A stretch of DNA of 64,000 bases, taken from Deltaproteobacteria bacterium (GTDB taxonomy: Bacteria; Myxococcota_A; Polyangia; Fen-1088). The notes below the pieces were generated by a model that searched no databases, was not told where the DNA came from, and was given only the letters and a program-made list of their open reading frames with translations. Both the position numbers and the translations under genes were made by a program. How positions within the stretch are numbered: position 1 is the first letter of the stretch; each line of letters begins with the position of its first letter. Shown piece by piece: positions 18,685 to 27,501 of the stretch. The stretch is from positions 416,001 through 480,000 of the forward strand of contig JANRKS010000032.1 in the NCBI GenBank assembly GCA_033763315.1, written 5' to 3'.

Positions 18685-20610
18685 ATGCAACGTATGCCAA
18701 CGCGCCGAACCTTGCTGGGCCACGCGGCCAAAGGAGCCGCGGTTACCGCTGCGTGGCCGGCCACCAAGATCCTCGGCGCATCGCGAAGCAGTTTGTCGGC
18801 GGTCAAACACGTCGTTATCTTCAGCCAAGAAAACCGCTCGTTCGACCACTACTGCGGCACCATGGGCGGCGTGCGCGGTTACGGCGATCGGCACCCGGTC
18901 CGCCAGCCCAATGGCGACGTGGTGTTTGCGCAACGAACCCGCGGGGGAAAGGTTGTGTACCCGTACCGGCTGGCTTCAGGTATCACGTCGGGCCAATGCG
19001 TGGGCGAAGTGGCGCACGATTGGAGCACGGGAACGGACGCCCTTAACGACGGCCACATGGATGGCTGGGGCCGGCACAAAGGCCATAAAGCGATGTCGTA
19101 CTACACGCGCGCAGACATCCCCTACTTCTATGGCCTCGCTGATGCGTTCACGCTTTGTGATGCCTACTTCTGTTCGTTCAACGGACCTACGAATCCAAAC
19201 CGCCTCTTCATGATGACTGGCACCATCGATGCCGGTGGCCGCCACGAGGGCCCCATCACCGACAACCACGAGCCTGGTTTTTCGTGGACCACGTACCCGG
19301 AGCGCTTACAAACCGCCGGCGTGTCATGGCGCATCTACCAGGAAGAAGATAACTACGACAACAACGCGCTCGCCTGGTTCAAACAGTTTCGCGACGCCCC
19401 TCGTTCATCGCCGCTTTACCAAAACGGCATGCATCGTTGGCCGCGATCGCAGTTCGCGTCCGACGTGCGCAACAACACCTTGCCAGCCGTGTCGTGGATC
19501 TTGGCCCCGACTGAGTTCTCAGAACACCCCGAACACTCGCCGAACCGGGGCATGCACTTCGCCGCGCAAAATTACATCGCCGCGCTCGCGGCGAACCCCG
19601 ATGTGTGGGCCACCACGGTGTTCATATGGACGTACGACGAAAACGGCGGCTTTTTCGATCACGTCGTGCCACCGATGCCTGCGCCGGGCACACAGGATGA
19701 AATGATCGATGGGCGTCCCCTCGGCTTAGGGCCGCGCGTCCCAACGCTGATCATGTCGCCTTGGAGTCGTGGCGGCGCCGTTTGCAGCGAGGTTTTCGAT
19801 CACACCTCGTTGCTTCGCTTTTTGGAAGTTTGGACGGGCGTGCAAGAGCCCAACATCAGCGCCTGGCGGCGAACCGTTTGTGGTGATCTGACGTCAGCTT
19901 TCGATTTCACTTCCATGACAGTTGCGTTTCCCGGCTTGCCCGATCCGCAGCCCGCCGCCGATTTAGCCGTGCAAAACTGCGAGTCGTTGCGACGCGCGGC
20001 TCCTGCCGATGAGAACGCCGTGCCGCCGCAAGAAGAGCGGCTAAAGCCTTTGCGCGTGTCACCTTACCGCTTTGAAGCGGAGCTCACTGTGCAAGCGCAC
20101 GCACAGAGGCTGAAGTTGACGGTAGCAAATGCAGGTGCTGTGGGCGCTAGCTTTCACGTGCGCCAACCTGAATCGGCGCCATTGCACTTTACAGCCAGCG
20201 CAGGCCAGGTTCAGCGCGTGAACCTCGGGATCAAGAACAATGTCTACGACGTTGAACTGCATGGTCCTGTCGGGTTCTTCCGGGGGTGGCAAGGGCGGCT
20301 TCTGGAGGGCGAGCCTCAGCTTGAAGTCACCGTCGATGCGGCCCAACGCAAGCTCGCTGTGATCGTGGCGAACCCATGTGAGCAACAACTTGCCCTCGAG
20401 CTTTCCTCGCCTTTGGCAGGCCTCGTAGACCAATGCCGATCGATGGTGGTCCCAGGGCGAAGCTCCTTCGCGCTTTCGCTTCCGTGCGCCAGCGGCTGGT
20501 ACGACTACGTTTTCACCTGCGAAGACGTATTGCACTGGAAGCGCCAGCTCGCGGGCCATGTCGGAGCCCGCGCGACGATCAGCGGCGGACCATCCCAAAG
20601 CGCCGCCTGA
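18685..20610 (+). CDS. Tat-exported phospholipase C (phosphoesterase family, PlcH/PlcN-like) with C-terminal DUF756-like domains
   Basis: PTRRTLL signal; QENRSFDHY, GPTNPNR, SEHP, YDENGGFFDHV, GLGPRVP, ISAWRRTVCGDLTSAFDF. Confidence 0.92.
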   Translation: MQRMPTRRTLLGHAAKGAAVTAAWPATKILGASRSSLSAVKHVVIFSQENRSFDHYCGTMGGVRGYGDRHPVRQPNGDVVFAQRTRGGKVVYPYRLASGITSGQCVGEVAHDWSTGTDALNDGHMDGWGRHKGHKAMSYYTRADIPYFYGLADAFTLCDAYFCSFNGPTNPNRLFMMTGTIDAGGRHEGPITDNHEPGFSWTTYPERLQTAGVSWRIYQEEDNYDNNALAWFKQFRDAPRSSPLYQNGMHRWPRSQFASDVRNNTLPAVSWILAPTEFSEHPEHSPNRGMHFAAQNYIAALAANPDVWATTVFIWTYDENGGFFDHVVPPMPAPGTQDEMIDGRPLGLGPRVPTLIMSPWSRGGAVCSEVFDHTSLLRFLEVWTGVQEPNISAWRRTVCGDLTSAFDFTSMTVAFPGLPDPQPAADLAVQNCESLRRAAPADENAVPPQEERLKPLRVSPYRFEAELTVQAHAQRLKLTVANAGAVGASFHVRQPESAPLHFTASAGQVQRVNLGIKNNVYDVELHGPVGFFRGWQGRLLEGEPQLEVTVDAAQRKLAVIVANPCEQQLALELSSPLAGLVDQCRSMVVPGRSSFALSLPCASGWYDYVFTCEDVLHWKRQLAGHVGARATISGGPSQSAA

Positions 20611-20625
20611 CGCGTCTATCTGCGC

Positions 20626-21711
20626 TCAGCTTGCCAACTCGATCATCCGCAGCATGGCGCGCGCCGCGCCCTCGCGTACGTTGTCGGGCACCGTGATCAA
20701 GCGTTCTGCCGGTTCGTCACGCAGCGTTTCGTACACCGATTCCAAATCGGTCGCCTTCATGTACTGGCACAAGCGGCACGGCTTATAGAACTGCTTTTCC
20801 GGGTGTTCAAGCTCCATGCGCACCACCAGGCCGCACTCGGTCAAGATGGCGTACTTCTTGATGTCGGGGTTGCCTTCCACGAATTTCGCCATTTGTGACG
20901 TCGACAGCACGTGATCGGCCGCGCGTTGCAGCTCGGGGCGCACCTCGCCGTGCACGATGATCGCTGTTTGCGGATCTTGAGCGCGAATCTTGTCGATGTC
21001 ATCGCGGGTCATCTGGTGATGCACATGGCACGCGCCTTCCCACGCGAACACGTTGCCCGCCATTCCGTCACGTTCACCCTGTTCGATCAGCGGTTGAACC
21101 ATGGACCAATATTCTTTAGGCGAAAACGTGTGCGGATCAGGCGGTGGCAAATACATCCGGTTGGTTTTGATGGCCACCTGGTAGGCCAAGTTTTGATCCG
21201 GCACGAACAAGATGTCGGGTGCGCCCAATCGATCCGCAATCTTCGCGGCGTTGGAGCTCGTGCAGCATGTATCTGAGATCGCTTTGACGTCGGCGTACGT
21301 GTTCACATAGGTCATCGTCACGAACTTGCGGCCCATCGAACGCAGAAACTCTTGCCGCTCTTCCACATCGGCTGCGTCCACTTCGGCAAGCGAACACAAC
21401 GCGCTCATGTTGGGCAGATACACGGGCCGCTGGGGGGCCAATGTGTAACAGCCCTCCGCCATGAACTTAACGCCGCAGAACACCACCATGCGCGCGTCGA
21501 GATCGCGCGCGCGCACCGCCAGTTCAAACGAATCGCCCACGTAATCGGCCACGGCTTGCACTTCGGGGACCTGGTAATTGTGCGCGGGCACAAACGCGTT
21601 CTTCTCGCGCTTAAGGCGCGCGATCTCTTGCCACAAAAAGCTCACGCGATCCGCAGCTTGTGCCTCGATGTTGCCCGAGCGAACCAATTTATCAACGGTG
21701 ATGAGCGACAT
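20626..21711 (-). CDS. nadA: Quinolinate synthase
   Basis: AHNYQ, GDSFEL, VFCGVKFMAE, YVNT, CTSSNA, PDQNL, CHVH, CQYMK (three Fe-S cysteines). Confidence 0.93.
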   Translation of the reverse strand: MSLITVDKLVRSGNIEAQAADRVSFLWQEIARLKREKNAFVPAHNYQVPEVQAVADYVGDSFELAVRARDLDARMVVFCGVKFMAEGCYTLAPQRPVYLPNMSALCSLAEVDAADVEERQEFLRSMGRKFVTMTYVNTYADVKAISDTCCTSSNAAKIADRLGAPDILFVPDQNLAYQVAIKTNRMYLPPPDPHTFSPKEYWSMVQPLIEQGERDGMAGNVFAWEGACHVHHQMTRDDIDKIRAQDPQTAIIVHGEVRPELQRAADHVLSTSQMAKFVEGNPDIKKYAILTECGLVVRMELEHPEKQFYKPCRLCQYMKATDLESVYETLRDEPAERLITVPDNVREGAARAMLRMIELAS

Positions 21712-21747
21712 TGTCTTTCTCTTGCATAGCGCGTGGCACAGCGATCG

Positions 21748-23436
21748 TCACAGCCCTTTGAGCTGGGCTTGCCCGCTTGCCTTGGCTTTCGCCATCGCCG
21801 CCCGCCGCAGCTGCCCACCCGTGGGCCCACGTCCAAGCTTCGCACGCGTTTTCTCGCCGTGACCCGGCCCTAAAATGTCGCGCAAGTAGGCCGTCAACTC
21901 GAATGTGTCCGAGTGCTTTTCATTGTGGCACTGCTTGCACGTGGTTTCGGGCACCGCCGTATGAACGGTGGCCGGCTCGTCCAGGCCTTCTTCGGCCACG
22001 TGCAGCGAGCCTGGCCCATGGCACACCTCGCACTGCACAGATTCAAGTGCCTTCGTGAATCCAAGAGATGTGCCGCCCACTTGTCCGTATCCCGTCACGT
22101 GGCAGCCCACGCATTCGAGATCGGCTTGTTTGCCGCCATCCACAAGTGTTTTCCATGCGTGTGCATGCACGGTGGTTTTCCAGAACTTCATCTCGGGCTT
22201 GTGGCAGCGCGCGCATGAAGCATCGCCCACATAGTGTGCGCGTGCCGGCTCCGCTTTGGGAGGCGGCGTTGCGGCCGCCAAATTGATGGCGCCGATGGCT
22301 TTGTCCAAAGCGCGCATCGCTGTGGTCACCTGCTTGTCTTGTGGCAAAGCGCGCCGCATGGGTAGCAACTCGTTCACGAAGAACGAGCCGTTGGCGGGGG
22401 GGGCCCATCGCCCTGGCAACGCTTGCTGCTCGGCCACCAGCGCCTCGTATTCGCGCTGCTTGCTGGTCACGAACGCGGCGTCCGCTGTCTTGTCTTGTTT
22501 CCAAACGGTGAGCTGCTTCGCGAGGTTGTCGGCCGTGCGACGCAGCTCAAGCCGCCGCGCTTGCAGGGCCGCCTCGCTGCCGGCGTCTTGCAGTGGCTCA
22601 TAACCGCCCCCCGCCTTCGGGCGCAGCACCACTTCGATGCGTCCGGCTTTTTGCAACTCCGCCGCCGCCGATACGATGAACGTGCTGCCCACGCCATCGG
22701 CCTTTTCCATTCCCGCTTCGGTGGCCGTGCCAAGCACGATGAAGTCTGCACCGGCTTTACGTGCCAGTTTGCGCGCCATGGGGCGATCCACCGCGGCCAC
22801 CACCACCACCAAATCGGCGCCAGCGGCACGCAACCGCGTTACGTCCTTTGCGGCTGCCGCCACCGGCTCGTCGGCCGCCAGCTTCGCAAGCGCCGCCACT
22901 TCGGGCTCCACCACGCCGATGACGCCCACCTTAACGTTGCCGACCTGCCGTAGCTCTGCCGCTCGCACCCCGGGCCCACGCGCGTTGGCGGCCAGCCGGG
23001 GAGGCTGCACAAACGCCGCGCCCGCCGCCAGATCGGCCGCGCCCAGTGCCGAACCCGCCAACCCCAACGCCGTGAGGCGCTCGGCCAGAAATTGCGCCTT
23101 GAGTTTGGCGGCTGCCAGCTTCTCCGGCGGGATGCCGAGCGGAAACAGCATGTTGCCGCCATCCACCAGCAGCACCGGTCCCCGCTTTTGCGCCGCACGC
23201 ACGACGCTGGCATAGCGGTCGATGCCACCCAGCGGGTCGCTGTTGCAGCCGCAGGGCTCTAAGGTGCCGCCGATCGCGCTTGTGTAGAAGATGGTCACGC
23301 GCGCTTCTTTGGTGTTGGGTGTGCCAGCGAAGGCTGGCGCTCGCCCACAGACCAGGGCCATCCAAAGAATTGTTTGAATCAATCGCAGGCGGCGCCCGCC
23401 ACGGTGCGCTGGTCGGGCCATCGAGGGCTTCGTCAT
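21748..23436 (-). CDS. Tetraheme cytochrome c554-type protein fused to N-terminal 5'-nucleotidase/UshA-like domain
   Basis: Signal peptide; GTLEPCGC..LGGIDR, LLVDGGN; CxxCH x4 (CARCH, CVGCH, CEVCH, CKQCH). Start uncertain (up to 23487). Confidence 0.85.
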   Translation of the reverse strand: MTKPSMARPAHRGGRRLRLIQTILWMALVCGRAPAFAGTPNTKEARVTIFYTSAIGGTLEPCGCNSDPLGGIDRYASVVRAAQKRGPVLLVDGGNMLFPLGIPPEKLAAAKLKAQFLAERLTALGLAGSALGAADLAAGAAFVQPPRLAANARGPGVRAAELRQVGNVKVGVIGVVEPEVAALAKLAADEPVAAAAKDVTRLRAAGADLVVVVAAVDRPMARKLARKAGADFIVLGTATEAGMEKADGVGSTFIVSAAAELQKAGRIEVVLRPKAGGGYEPLQDAGSEAALQARRLELRRTADNLAKQLTVWKQDKTADAAFVTSKQREYEALVAEQQALPGRWAPPANGSFFVNELLPMRRALPQDKQVTTAMRALDKAIGAINLAAATPPPKAEPARAHYVGDASCARCHKPEMKFWKTTVHAHAWKTLVDGGKQADLECVGCHVTGYGQVGGTSLGFTKALESVQCEVCHGPGSLHVAEEGLDEPATVHTAVPETTCKQCHNEKHSDTFELTAYLRDILGPGHGEKTRAKLGRGPTGGQLRRAAMAKAKASGQAQLKGL

Positions 23437-23530
23437 GATTTGCGGGCTATTTATGCCACGGAAGTGGCAGATGGTCGTTGCGCTCACCTCGGTTGCCGGC
23501 TATTCCTGGTCACCCGATTCGCCCGGTCAC

Positions 23531-23555
23531 GACGTTCCCTTGGGACGTTCCCTTG
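23531..23555. repeat. 12-bp direct repeat GACGTTCCCTTG x2 overlapping the rpsP -35 box
   Basis: Copies at 23531-23542 and 23544-23555. Confidence 0.8.
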
Positions 23556-23581
23556 ACAGGGCGGTTCTGAAAAAGTAGTTT
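23553..23581 (+). promoter_or_regulatory. Sigma70-type promoter of the rpsP operon
   Basis: TTGACA-17 nt-TAGTTT, 35 nt upstream of the rpsP ATG. Confidence 0.7.
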
Positions 23582-23615
23582 GTGCCGCTCTTCTCCGAGG
23601 ATCACGAGGATCATT

Positions 23616-23873
23616 ATGTCCGTTTCCCTTCGTTTGACGCGCGTTGGGGCCAAGAAGGCTCCGTTTTACCGAATTGTTGCGGCTGACAGCCGTAGCCCCC
23701 GTGATGGTCGTTTCATCGAGCAGATCGGCGTGTTTGACCCCCTGCGCACCCCACCCGAGCTCCGGCTTGACGTGGATCGCGCTGCCTACTGGTTGAAGAA
23801 CGGGGCCCAAGCCTCGGACACTGTCGACGGTCTGCTTCGGACCGCCCGCAAGGCGGCGGCGGAAGCTAAGTAA
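23616..23873 (+). CDS. rpsP: 30S ribosomal protein S16
   Basis: [35 protein letters not shown]; GAGG SD. Confidence 0.98.
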   Translation: MSVSLRLTRVGAKKAPFYRIVAADSRSPRDGRFIEQIGVFDPLRTPPELRLDVDRAAYWLKNGAQASDTVDGLLRTARKAAAEAK

Positions 23874-23883
23874 AGGGGCGCCC

Positions 23884-24165
23884 GTGAGTGAGGGCACCCT
23901 AGAGTCTACAGATGGCGTCGCGCAGGCAGAGGCTTTGCGCGACTTGCTCGATCATTTGGCCAAATCTCTGGTTGAAAGCCCCGAGAAGGTCGAGATCACC
24001 GAAATAGAAGAGCCCGACGCTCTTGTATTCGAGCTGCGCGTTGACGAAGCCGACTTAGGGCGCGTGATCGGCCGCCAAGGCCGCACCGCCAAGGCGCTTC
24101 GCACGGTGTTGTCCGCGGCCTCCGCCAAGATGAAGCGACGGGTCATCTTAGACATTATCGAGTGA
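23884..24165 (+). CDS. khpA: KH-domain RNA-binding protein
   Basis: DLGRVIGRQGRTAKALRT; conserved position between rpsP and rimM. Confidence 0.95.
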   Translation: MSEGTLESTDGVAQAEALRDLLDHLAKSLVESPEKVEITEIEEPDALVFELRVDEADLGRVIGRQGRTAKALRTVLSAASAKMKRRVILDIIE

Positions 24166-24217
24166 TTTCACCTTCGCTTTTGCCAGCTTAGGTATATTGG
24201 CCCTAAGGTAGGGATTC

Positions 24218-24784
24218 ATGGGAAATCCCTTTGCTTACGACGATGCGCGATTGCCCTTGGGCGTGGTTGGTCGTGCCCATGCCACCCGCGGCGAGGTCAA
24301 TTTTCGCGCATACAACGAAGACAGCCGCACTCTTTCGAATGTGCCGCTGCCTTTTGCGGCTTTATTGGAAGACGCCCAGGCCCAGCGCCAAGAGGTCAAG
24401 ATCACCTCGGTGCGGTTCGTGCGCGACCACTTCCTGGTGCAATTCGAAGGCATCACCACCCGCGATCAGGCCGAGACGCTCACAGGCCGCGTGCTGTGGC
24501 TGGAGCGCAAACTGCTGCCGCCGCTTGGGCCGGGGGAATACTACTGGCAGGATCTCGTGGGCTGCGACGTCTTCGACCAGCATGACGAATCGTTAGGGAA
24601 GGTGCAGTCCGTCTTCAGCAACAAGGCACACGGCGTGGCCGTGGTGGTCTCGCCAGCGGGCGACGAACTCCTATTTCCGCTGGTGCCGGCCGTGCTGATG
24701 GACGTAAACATCAGTGAACGTCGGGTGCGGGTGGAACGTCTGCCCGAAGAAGATCTCAACGACGCCCACCTGCAATCCGATTGA
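24218..24784 (+). CDS. rimM: Ribosome maturation factor RimM
   Basis: [26 protein letters not shown] barrel; synteny. Confidence 0.95.
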   Translation: MGNPFAYDDARLPLGVVGRAHATRGEVNFRAYNEDSRTLSNVPLPFAALLEDAQAQRQEVKITSVRFVRDHFLVQFEGITTRDQAETLTGRVLWLERKLLPPLGPGEYYWQDLVGCDVFDQHDESLGKVQSVFSNKAHGVAVVVSPAGDELLFPLVPAVLMDVNISERRVRVERLPEEDLNDAHLQSD

Positions 24785-25563
24785 ATCTTGGCATGAACGC
24801 CCCGCCGCTTCACTGCGAACTCATCACGCTGTTCCCCGAGTTTTTCGCCAGTTTCGTCAGCACCAGTTTGCTTGGCAAGGCGCTGGACGCAGGCATGGTG
24901 CGGTTCGACTTCACGAACCCGCGGGATTTTTCCACCTCGAAGCACCGCACCGTTGACGACACCCCTTACGGGGGCGGCCCTGGCATGGTCCTGCAGGCGC
25001 CGCCGGTGGTGGCCGCCGTTGAACACGCCCTGACCGAGCGGGGCCCCGCTCACCGCATTTTGTTGTCGCCTCAGGGGCAAGTGTTTGACCAGCGGCTGTC
25101 CGAAACTTTAGCGGCCAAGCGCAGGCTGCTGTTTGTTTGCGGCCGTTACGAGGGCGTCGATGAACGCGTGGCTGAGCTGTGCGCCGACCAGGTCATTAGC
25201 ATCGGCGATTTCGTGCTTTCAGGCGGCGAGTTGGCCGCCGCCGTCATCATCGAAGCCGTGTCGCGCCTCATTCCCGGGGTTTTGGGTTCGCAGGCCTCCG
25301 TGGAAGATGAATCGCATGCCATCGGGCGTCTCGAATACCCGCAATACACGCGGCCTCCAGAGTTTCGTGGGCACAAGGTGCCCGACATCCTCATATCTGG
25401 GGATCACGCCAAGATCGCGGCCTGGCGCCGCAAACAAAGCTTTCTGCGGACTGTGGCTCGCCGGCCCGACCTGTTGTTATCCCATCCGCCGAGCGCTGAG
25501 GAGAGGGCTTGGGCGGCGGCCGCGGCGGCACAATCCGCTGACCCGGGCGACGAGCAGGTTTAG
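24781..25563 (+). CDS. trmD: tRNA (guanine-N1)-methyltransferase
   Basis: [50 protein letters not shown]. Confidence 0.98.
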   Translation: MNLGMNAPPLHCELITLFPEFFASFVSTSLLGKALDAGMVRFDFTNPRDFSTSKHRTVDDTPYGGGPGMVLQAPPVVAAVEHALTERGPAHRILLSPQGQVFDQRLSETLAAKRRLLFVCGRYEGVDERVAELCADQVISIGDFVLSGGELAAAVIIEAVSRLIPGVLGSQASVEDESHAIGRLEYPQYTRPPEFRGHKVPDILISGDHAKIAAWRRKQSFLRTVARRPDLLLSHPPSAEERAWAAAAAAQSADPGDEQV

Positions 25564-25629
25564 CTGACTCGCTGTCTTGACTTCCCCGCGATCTCCGCGT
25601 AGAGATGTCAGCCCTTCGCGAGACTTGTC

Positions 25630-26010
25630 ATGAGCCAGAACCCCATTATCCAGAGCATTGAAGCCTCTTACCTCAAGACGGAACTGCCGCAGTTTCGCCC
25701 CGGGGACAGCGTACGCGTTCACTCCAAGATTCGCGAAGGCGACAAAGAGCGCGTCCAGGTGTTCGAGGGCATCGTGATTGGCCGCAAACGCGGTGGCGCT
25801 CGCGCGTCGTTCACGGTTCGCAAGATTTCGTACGGTATGGGCGTGGAACGCGTGTTCCCGTCTCATTCCTCCCGCATCGAGAAGGTTGAAGTGGTCAGCC
25901 GCGGACATGTCCGTCGCGCTCGCCTCAACTTCCTGCGCGATCTGCAAGGCAAAGCCGCTCGCATCAAGAGCGATGTGGTCGGTTCGTCCGTCGCTCAGAC
26001 CGGCCGCTAA
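25630..26010 (+). CDS. rplS: 50S ribosomal protein L19
   Basis: [35 protein letters not shown]. Confidence 0.98.
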   Translation: MSQNPIIQSIEASYLKTELPQFRPGDSVRVHSKIREGDKERVQVFEGIVIGRKRGGARASFTVRKISYGMGVERVFPSHSSRIEKVEVVSRGHVRRARLNFLRDLQGKAARIKSDVVGSSVAQTGR

Positions 26011-26037
26011 GGCCACTCGGTTCCGCAGGCCAGGTTT

Positions 26038-26068
26038 AAAGCCGACTCCGCGTTGCGGGGCCGGCTTT
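26038..26068. terminator. Probable bidirectional intrinsic terminator between convergent rplS and yraN
   Basis: AAAGCCGACTCCGC-GTT-GCGGGGCCGGCTTT hairpin with A/T flanks. Confidence 0.75.
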
Positions 26069-26441
26069 ATTCATGTGTGTCGAACGCGGCAGGCACGTGT
26101 TGGCAATCCCGCACCTGCCCCCCTTCGTCGAAGGTCACCGCCACCACGTCAAAGCGATACTCGCGCGCGGGCAGGGACTCTTCGCTTAAAAACAGGCGGG
26201 CCGCCCGGATCACCTGTGCCCGTTTCGACGCCGTAACTGTCTCCAGGGCGTGCCCCTGTTGGTCCCCGGTGCGAGAGCGGACCTCCACGAAAACGCACGT
26301 GCCGTCTTTGGTGGCCACAATGTCGAGCTCGCCTTGCGGCCGGCGCCAATTGCGAAACGCAATCGTGAAGCCTTGGCCTTCGAAAAGACGAACGGCGAGC
26401 TCCTCGGCCTGTTGGCCCAAAGCTCGCCGCTGCAGCGTCAT
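26067..26441 (-). CDS. yraN: YraN (UPF0102) family nuclease-like protein
   Basis: LGQQAEELA, RNWR..GELDIVA, FVEVRSR, RFDVVAV. Confidence 0.93.
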   Translation of the reverse strand: MTLQRRALGQQAEELAVRLFEGQGFTIAFRNWRRPQGELDIVATKDGTCVFVEVRSRTGDQQGHALETVTASKRAQVIRAARLFLSEESLPAREYRFDVVAVTFDEGGQVRDCQHVPAAFDTHE

Positions 26442-26459
26442 CTAAGCTCGCACGGAAGG

Positions 26460-26966
26460 CTAAAGAGCCTCGCAGGCCTTTGGCACCGGCGCCTTGCCCT
26501 TGGCGTCGACCTTCACGAAGTCTTTGCAGACGCACATTTTCTTGCAGGCCAGGGGGCCCACGACGAAGGGTTGAGCGCAAGCGAAGCCCTGGGTGCAACG
26601 CTTGTCGTTGGTGTTGTTCTTGTCCCGCGTCTCGGCCTCGTCGCAGTCCGAGTTCTTGGAGCACTCAGCCGTGCAAAACGCTGACGTTCCGCTGTTCACC
26701 ACGCCCTGGTCGTAGGAAGGCTGGATGCAGAGCCGGGTGGGGCATTCAAGCGCTTGATCGTTAAACACACCCGAGGTTTCAGTCGTGCTGGCGAGTACTT
26801 TGCAGGTTCGACCGATCGCCTGGTCTTCACAGGCCGAGGTGCCGAGGAGCGCTGCCGCCATTACGAAAAGTCCAAAACCGTTTGCCAGGTGGCCCCATCG
26901 GCCGCGTGAAACGTTACGGGTCAACTGCAGTAACCAAGCGCGCGAAGCACCAAATTGGGGGCGCAT
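26460..26966 (-). CDS. cglC: Cys-rich lipoprotein, CglC/GltK-like (gliding accessory)
   Basis: Lipobox TSAC, then IGRTC..ECPTRLC..FCTAEC Cys pattern as recalled for CglC; GAAGGAG SD before ATG 26966; divergent from gltC. Confidence 0.7.
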   Translation of the reverse strand: MRPQFGASRAWLLQLTRNVSRGRWGHLANGFGLFVMAAALLGTSACEDQAIGRTCKVLASTTETSGVFNDQALECPTRLCIQPSYDQGVVNSGTSAFCTAECSKNSDCDEAETRDKNNTNDKRCTQGFACAQPFVVGPLACKKMCVCKDFVKVDAKGKAPVPKACEAL

Positions 26967-27024
26967 GAAAGCTCCTTCGGGGTCCCGGTAGAGGACAAGC
27001 CTGTGCGGCTCGTCGAGGGTGAAC

Positions 27025-27054
27025 ATTCTTAGGTCTTCGTCAGTAGAGTGTCAA
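27025..27054 (-). promoter_or_regulatory. Putative sigma70 promoter for cglC-yraN
   Basis: Minus strand TTGACA-17 nt-TAAGAAT. Confidence 0.5.
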
Positions 27055-27170
27055 CACGGCAGGAGGGTTGCTCGGGAAACCGCTGCGAAAAGTTCGATTT
27101 GGCCAGCAAAACCCACACATGACGTTTGTTTCTCAACACCTTACCACGAACGCTGCCGCTGGAGCTTCCC

Positions 27171-27200
27171 TTGACAGTTTCGATCGGGGTGCCTTAGCAT
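27171..27200 (+). promoter_or_regulatory. Putative sigma70 promoter for the glt operon
   Basis: TTGACA-18 nt-TAGCAT, about 300 nt upstream of gltC. Confidence 0.6.
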
Positions 27201-27501
27201 GGGCCCCTTTCCGGACTCTTAAACTTATCTTCTGCCGGTCCGGTGTGGGCTTTGTGTCTTAAGAGTTTCGGCGCCCGGCGCCTTCTCGGCGTCAATGTGT
27301 CTGACTCGGTGCCTGTCTCGATGCTCATCCTCGACCCCCTTTGTGTTCTATGGCGTGAGGGCTTATTTGCTACCCTCCCGCTTCTTTGTTCTCTTCCTTG
27401 CTCCCTGCAACCCTAGCTTTGACCGTTGCCCCTTATCCCGTTGTCCCTCCTTGCTTTAGGGCACAACCAACATTTTCAGGACACCCGTGAGGACCCAAGA
27501 C

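Noticed and set aside
23244-23253. Selenocysteine recoding at the CGC motif of the multiheme protein
   Set aside because: Both codons are TGC on the minus strand; there is no in-frame TGA.
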